Shown here: positions 57,691-64,000 of the stretch, piece by piece
How positions within the stretch are numbered: the first letter of the stretch is position 1
Layout of the letters: every line of letters begins with the position of its first letter
Source of the DNA: Eledone cirrhosa
Lineage: Eukaryota
Direction of reading: 5' to 3'
Assembly: GCA_964016885.1 (NCBI GenBank)
Contig: OZ024752.1
Span: 43,710,001-43,774,000, forward strand
Length of the DNA stretch: 64,000 nucleotides
Translations under genes and position numbers: made by a program
The notes under the pieces: generated by a model
What the model was told of the DNA's origin: nothing
Databases searched by the model: none
The model's input: the letters and a program-made list of their open reading frames with translations, nothing else

Positions 57691-60323
57691 TATACAGCTA
57701 GAGGGGAGGGCACGAGAGAACTAGACATGGTAATGGTTCATACAATGAATGAAAATATAAAGTGGTGATGAAGATGATGATGGCGGTGATGGTGGCAACG
57801 ATTTCTTACAAGTTACATGTGAAAATGTATCTCGAACGATATTAAAGGATAAAACAATTATATTTATTTCTGAAGAACTCACATCTCCTAAAATAACAAA
57901 GAAATGGTGAGGAAAACTAAGGCTACGGATGAAGAGAAGAAGAAAATTGAATAAGATTATGTAAAGTAAAACGAACCATTATGGTGATAACACTTGTTGA
58001 TATGTATTAAAGATTTACTTTAACAGTAAAGAACTGGTTGTATATTTTCCTGGTAAAGTACCCTGGGTGTAATTAAGAGCAGACACCCGTCTCACATGAT
58101 ACATTCTTCCGTCCGATGTCGAAATAAACAGAAACTAACCGATCATATTTACTACAAGCCTCGTTATCGATTATTTTCTCTCTGTCAACATTGGTTACTT
58201 TTGTCTTGCAGTGCAGACGACGTCAAAAAGAAAAAAGAAAGAAGGAAAAAATGTGACTGATGATAATTTTTTAATGATTGAACATATTTAATGAATTTTC
58301 AGATAATCAATTTTCAATAGCTATCGATAATTCAAATCAATTAAATTCCAATCTATATGAAAACTATAGATGAATGGTATTTTGAGAGTAATTTTAGAAG
58401 TTTTTCTAATTGATATTATATTTTTTTTTTTGGGGGGGGGGGGGGGGGGGGATACATTTCTTATTAAAAGAAATATATAATAAAACACACTCACTGTTTG
58501 GTTTTGGTTGGTTTTCGCTTCCATATATTTTATATCCCTATAGTTAATTTAACTGGCAATCAATGTTTATCATTGATTGACCAACCGTTAAAAATATATA
58601 TATATATATATTTCTTTAAGTCGTTTGGAAGCCTCGACAATGCAGATGGGTAAATCTCCGGGTAACAAGATCCGTTGGTGGAGAGAGAGATGTAAGTGGG
58701 TGTACGTTGAGATGCGTGGCTAAACGTGTCGCACCTTTCCGACAGACCCCCCCCCCCCCTCCGGAAAAAAAAACCACTTGATGGATGTGAATCCAAAATA
58801 TATAGGGACAATTAAATCTCTCCCAAGGTAACTCTTTCTCGTGTTGTTATTTTTATTTTTATCCTTTACGCTCTTTCCTTCATTCTCTACACGTTACAGT
58901 CTTATACACGCCACGCATCTCAACGTACACCCACTTACATCTCTCTCCACCGCCGGAGATTTACCCATCTGCATTGTCGAGGCTTTCAAACGGCTTAAAG
59001 AAATTTACCTTATTATTCTACAATGCTTCAAGCAAACTTCAATACTCTCTTATATATATATATATAGTCTATCAAACTTCTTTCGTCACACACCTGTGAC
59101 ATCATCAGTGGTACTATAATGTTTCCTCCCGTTGTATATGTGTGTGTCCATTTACGAGAGAGTGAAGGGACATATTTGTAGACACTAATTCTGTAATCCC
59201 CCTTCCAGGTATCTCACTAATTCTTCTTTATTTTCCCCACCCTAGCTCCCACCACACAATACTCTGTCACGAGGGTTGGGTTTGAATGTCATCAACTAAA
59301 GAAATTCCTGTCCCACTCATCCACCCTTCATTTTTAAATAGTTAATTATACGTCGTTCTTTACTATGACTACTGCTTCTGCTGATACTACTACTACTACA
59401 GCTGATACTACCACCACTATTACTACTACCACTACTGCTGCTGCTACCACTACTATTTTTCTCTTTTCTAGATTTCAAATACCTGCTGAAGGGGATTTTC
59501 TATATCAAAGGCAAAACACGGCATACTTTTATATACTAATAAGCACATCGGGTATCACCTGATATCTCAGTCAGGTAAACCACCAACTATGACAAGAACT
59601 TCATTGTCAGCAGCCCAGCTTCCCCAAACGTCTCCAATACCACAGACTGGAAAGAATAGATTGTTGATAACTCGTGGCATTTGGCTGTGGAAGCAGTGAC
59701 CCTCACCTTTACTGCAACATCCATAATTAAGTTTAGCTCGGTATGTGATGTAGTTTTGTAAATATACCATATTTCCCCCCCTCAACTATATTGTAGAACT
59801 AATGTAACATCGTTCATTTATTTGTTTTGCAAGATTCTTGATATGAAATCGTCTGCTGAAACAAATATTATTATGCTCGGAGATGGTATGTTGCCAATAA
59901 AAACTAACTCACTATTTGATTTTCACTTCAGCTGTATTATTAGTTATTTCGTTGAAATTCTTTCGTCACACATTGTGACCTCCTCAATAGCTACTTGTTC
60001 TTATCTGTGCCTCTTTTTCTTTCTGGTTTTATTTCGTTTACCACATCTTGTATTTCTTGTGGTACATTTTCTTGCAGACATCCTTCCGGGGTCGATAAAT
60101 TAAAATATCAAGTCCAGTGTGAGTAATTGTAGTATTTTGGTTGATCACGTTGTCAATCTTCCTGTGACATCACTGGTATGAAGTGATATCGGTCCTTGCC
60201 TTGGGATAACTTCTATGGAGTGTTGTTGCATGACTGACTGTTGGCCTTTTAGTACCATCACTCCTACGGCCCAGGGTGGAAATTTATTGGTGTAACATGG
60301 TTAAACTCTGACCAGAGAGAGAG

Positions 60324-60355
<32 letters not shown>

Positions 60356-60419
60356 CATTCGCAGAAGGGAGATAACTGTTGAATTTCTAACTGGAGCCAG
60401 GAGTAACAACAGAAGCAAG

Positions 60420-60873
60420 ATGTTCCGACCTGTTCCTCGCTTAATATTTTATTTAAACCACGCAGTTTACAACATAAACAAACATCACGGCGATACAAGT
60501 CGAATTTTCTGTAGTTCAAGATATATACACAATATTGTCGCTCGAGAGTTGGATCTTTCTTCACAATACATTGACACACTGTTTCAAGGTATAAAACATG
60601 GCAATAGATCGTCTTTAGCTCAAGGTATCACCTTGATTGAATCTAGTAATGATGAAAAGAAAAGAGCTGGACAGAGTCTTTTAGCGAAATGTTTAGGTTA
60701 TATTCAAATACAAGAACTACATTCCCTATATCCGACTGCATCGTTTCGAGTTGGTATATCTGGACCACCTGGTGCCGGTAAAAGTTCGTTTATTGAAGTT
60801 TTTGGGAAACATTTGACCAGTCTTGGACATAAAATTGCAGTTCTTACAATTGATCCGTCTTCTAAAATAACAG
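60420..60873 (+). CDS. MMAA: Methylmalonic aciduria type A protein (mitochondrial GTPase), coding exon 1
   Basis: LAQGITLIES, P-loop GISGPPGAGKSS, VLTIDPSS; donor CAG|GTAAAA at 60873; basic N-terminus consistent with a mitochondrial transit peptide. Confidence 0.95.
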
Positions 60874-61502
60874 GTAAAAGAGTGAAATACACTTTTTTTA
60901 GATGTAACAAACAATGTTTCTATTTTGGCTTCATTTCAGTCGTAAACTCAAAAGAAACAAACAATGCTTTTTAAAATTAAAATCAATAATGCTTCTTTTT
61001 AAAGTATAACATATATTTTTAATATGTATAATGTTATTTAAGCTCAGGTCATATGTGAAATGCAGACTCAGTTTTAAATTAAGTATTTCAGTAATCTGTG
61101 TTAAATATATGTAACTTATATATTAGATGCATACACTTGTGGTAGATATGCTATACTAACGACTACCACAATAATAGTACATATGCTATACTAACGACAG
61201 AATATAGCAACTAGAACCTGTCTTTATATTCTCTGTTCCGGTTTGTTTTGGTGACGAAACAAGAAATCCTTCATGTAACTCTTAAAAAGAATTTGATTAA
61301 GTCCACTAATATGTTAATTAAATATACACATTTGAAGCATGTTGTTTGAATGACCTTTGTATTTATAATATATTCTGGTTTCTGATTGTATTTATTTTTT
61401 ACTTTATGATCTTTATATGAAGAATTGTGGTCGCTCTGTATGCTAAAAACAACAGCCAAATCTCCGTTAATATCACATCCAACCATTTAAAAATATAACA
61501 AT

Positions 61503-62008
61503 AATGGTTTCTAATTTCGATACAATGCCATCACTTTTGGGGTGGAAACAATTCGATGTTAGTATTTGTAATTTATTTTATCGACTCCGGAAAGATGACA
61601 GGTAAAGTTAACCTCGGTGGTTTAAATAATGGTTTCTGATCTAGGCCCAAGGCCAACAATGGGGGAGGGGGTTTAAAGTCGATTAAATTGACCCCAGTGC
61701 GTTACTGGCATTTTATCGACCCCTGTAACGATGAAAGGCAAAGCTATCCTCGGTGGTTAAATAATTGTTTCTACGTTTGGCACAAGGCCAGCAAATACCC
61801 AGTGCATGACTGGTACTTTATTTTATCGACCCTGTAAGGATGAAAGGCAAAGTTAACCTCGGCGGGATTTGAACTCAGAATGGCAAGGACCGTAACTCTA
61901 TACGTCTAAACATGGCGTCCGACCCTCTACCAATCCACCGCCCTCGGTGGTCAAATAATTGTTTCTACTTTTGGCACAAGGCCAGCAATTACCCAGTGGT
62001 CAAATAAT
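61503..62008 (-). mobile_element. Cluster of four tandem/nested family-A SINE pieces
   Basis: Repeated TTTATCGAC..GATGAAAGGCAAAG and CACAAGGCCAGCAA segments; one full-length copy at ~61761-61941. Confidence 0.82.
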
Positions 62009-62761
62009 ATTAACAAAAACCCTAGAATTATGTTATCTCGGACTCTTTATAAGGGCTGGTATGGGATAATTACTGATTAGTGACCTTAAAATGTAGCACA
62101 ACTTAGTGTCATCATTTATCAGTAAGTTATAAAAAGATAATAGATTAGGTTACAATCGTAGTTTCTCTCATTCTCTACATACAGTTTAACCTTGTGTTAT
62201 TTCATGTAATCGTTCACCTTGTTTTAAGGCTGGGTGCCATATTACAGTTGGGACCCGACATGTCTTTCGGTTATTCAATGTTACGCGAGAAAAATAGGGG
62301 TAACATTGACAGAGTTCGAAATAAGAAATGGAAATATCCATTCACCACTTGTATGTATGTGTATATATATATACACACACAACGGCCCATTCAAAGAGAA
62401 TCTGAGTAGTTCCAGCCATTACTTACTCTATATTATAAGAGTTGTACGTTAGAAATAGAGGTTTATAACACCATTTCGTTACTAGTAAATACACAGCTAT
62501 GTGAAGGTAATATTCGTATATGAAATAAACCGAGACAACAGTTTGTGCTATAGTCTACTTATAACTGTTGTCAGCAATGGAATGTATGAGTGAAACATTG
62601 TCCTCAGAGAGTATAACATGGTGTTAACTCCCGATAACAACTGACTTAATAATAAACTATTCAACCCATGCTAACATGGAAAGTGGGTATAACATGATGA
62701 CCATAGTAGCAACTATACCACTTTAGGAACCGTAATTAATATATTATATAATCATTTTTTA

Positions 62762-62940
62762 TGGCAGTATCGGTAGAGGGTCGGACGCCATGCTTTCCAG
62801 CATAGTTACGTCCCTTTACGATCTGAGTTCAAATCCCGCCGAGGTTGACTTTGCCTTTCATCCTTACGAGGTCGATAAAATAAAGTACCAGTAATGAACT
62901 GGATAATTGCTGGCCTTGTGCCTAAAGTAGAAACAATTAT
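62762..62940 (+). mobile_element. tRNA-derived SINE (family A) in the MMAA intron
   Basis: Same A/B boxes and central domain as the 36183-36357 copy, opposite orientation. Confidence 0.88.
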
Positions 62941-62974
62941 TTTTTATGTTTATTCATTGTCTTTATAATTCCAG

Positions 62975-63672
62975 GTGGTTCTTTACTTGGTGATAAGACC
63001 CGTATGCCAATGCTTTCAGTTGATGAAAATGCCTACATTAGACCGTCTCCTGCTAAAGGAACACTTGGTGGTGTAACAAGAACAACAAATGAAGCAATCT
63101 TACTGTGTGAAAGTGCTGGTTACAATATAGTCCTTGTTGAAACTGTTGGTGTGGGACAATCTGAGTTCATGGTGTCAGATATGGTAGATATGTTTTGTTT
63201 ATTCCTTCCTCCAGCTAGTGGTGATGAATTACAAGGAATTAAAAAAGGAATTATTGAAGTCGCCGATATTGTTGTAATTAACAAGTCTGACGGAGAACTT
63301 GCAGCTGCTGCCAGGAGGATCCAAGGAGAGTATCTAAGTGCACTGAAATACATGCAGCGAAAAAACAAGTCATGGACTCCAACGGTGTTGCGTATTTCTT
63401 CTCTAAAGAAACAAGGAATAAAAGAACTTTGGGCACAAATGATTGACTTTCGAAGTAAATTATCAGAAAGTGGAGAAATGTTGCAAAAGAGAGAAGCACA
63501 ACATAAAATATGGATGTGGAATTACATTCAACATAATATTCTAGATATGTTTAAAAATCATCCAGAGGTTAAGAAACAACTTCCGAAATTAGAAGAGAAA
63601 GTATTTGGTCGACAAATTAACCCAGGATTAGCTGCTGATATTCTTTTGAAATCTTTCATGCAAGAAATGTGA
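62975..63672 (+). CDS. MMAA: MMAA coding exon 2
   Basis: Acceptor TTCCAG; [46 protein letters not shown]; TGA at 63670-63672; joined CDS 383 aa. Confidence 0.96.
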
Positions 63673-64000
63673 GAAATAACAAAAAACACTATTTGCTATT
63701 TTTTTTTTCTTTCTTTGTACATTAAAATAGGATTGATTTTACAATTACCCTCATCTTCTGTTTTTATTTCTACAACATTTTACTGAGTGTTAACATCTAG
63801 TATAACTCACAGAGTACTGAACTACCATCTATACTCATATGTCACACTCTTTTCCAAGACGGGCATCAAAATCATGTTAACACTTGTAGAAAGGACTCTT
63901 CAGTCTTATCAGAAACATGACAACCTCCCCCGAGGTTGGTGTCACAATAAAATGCACCTAGTACTTTAAAGTGATTGGTATTAGGAAGGGCATCTAACCA

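Noticed and set aside
57862-57935. CTGAAGA..CTCAC/GTGAG..GAAA hammerhead-like motif
   Set aside because: Stems I and III do not form convincingly.
59530-59790. 72-aa ORF / possible retroelement remnant
   Set aside because: No diagnostic motif recognised.

Overview
Eukaryotic, very AT-rich, microsatellite-dense animal DNA. The SINE/MITE/LINE content looks like an octopus (coleoid cephalopod) genome, which is an inference. The first ~14 kb is almost all (TA)n/(TATG)n/(TACA)n arrays, with a CR1-like LINE fragment and a 200-N gap; the long YI-repeat ORFs there are artefacts. There are two genes, head-to-head. (1) HPS5 (BLOC-2 subunit, minus strand): I could thread 26 coding exons with GT-AG junctions and a consistent frame from ATG 53143 to TGA 20008 (6582 nt, ~2193 aa). 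That is about twice human HPS5, and it ends in a complete RING-H2 finger. (2) MMAA (plus strand, 2 coding exons, 60420-63672, 383 aa). HPS5 intron 7 holds a ~6 kb degenerate Penelope-like retroelement (YRDD reverse transcriptase plus C-terminal GIY-YIG endonuclease) embedded in TA microsatellite. It carries a type-I hammerhead ribozyme fold with an unusually long stem II and a 77-bp inverted terminal copy that starts at the ribozyme core. A second similar hammerhead, a family of short TA-embedded fold-back elements, many hairpins and inverted SINE pairs, a solo LTR, piggyBac-like MITEs and an Hsmar2-like mariner relic are also present.
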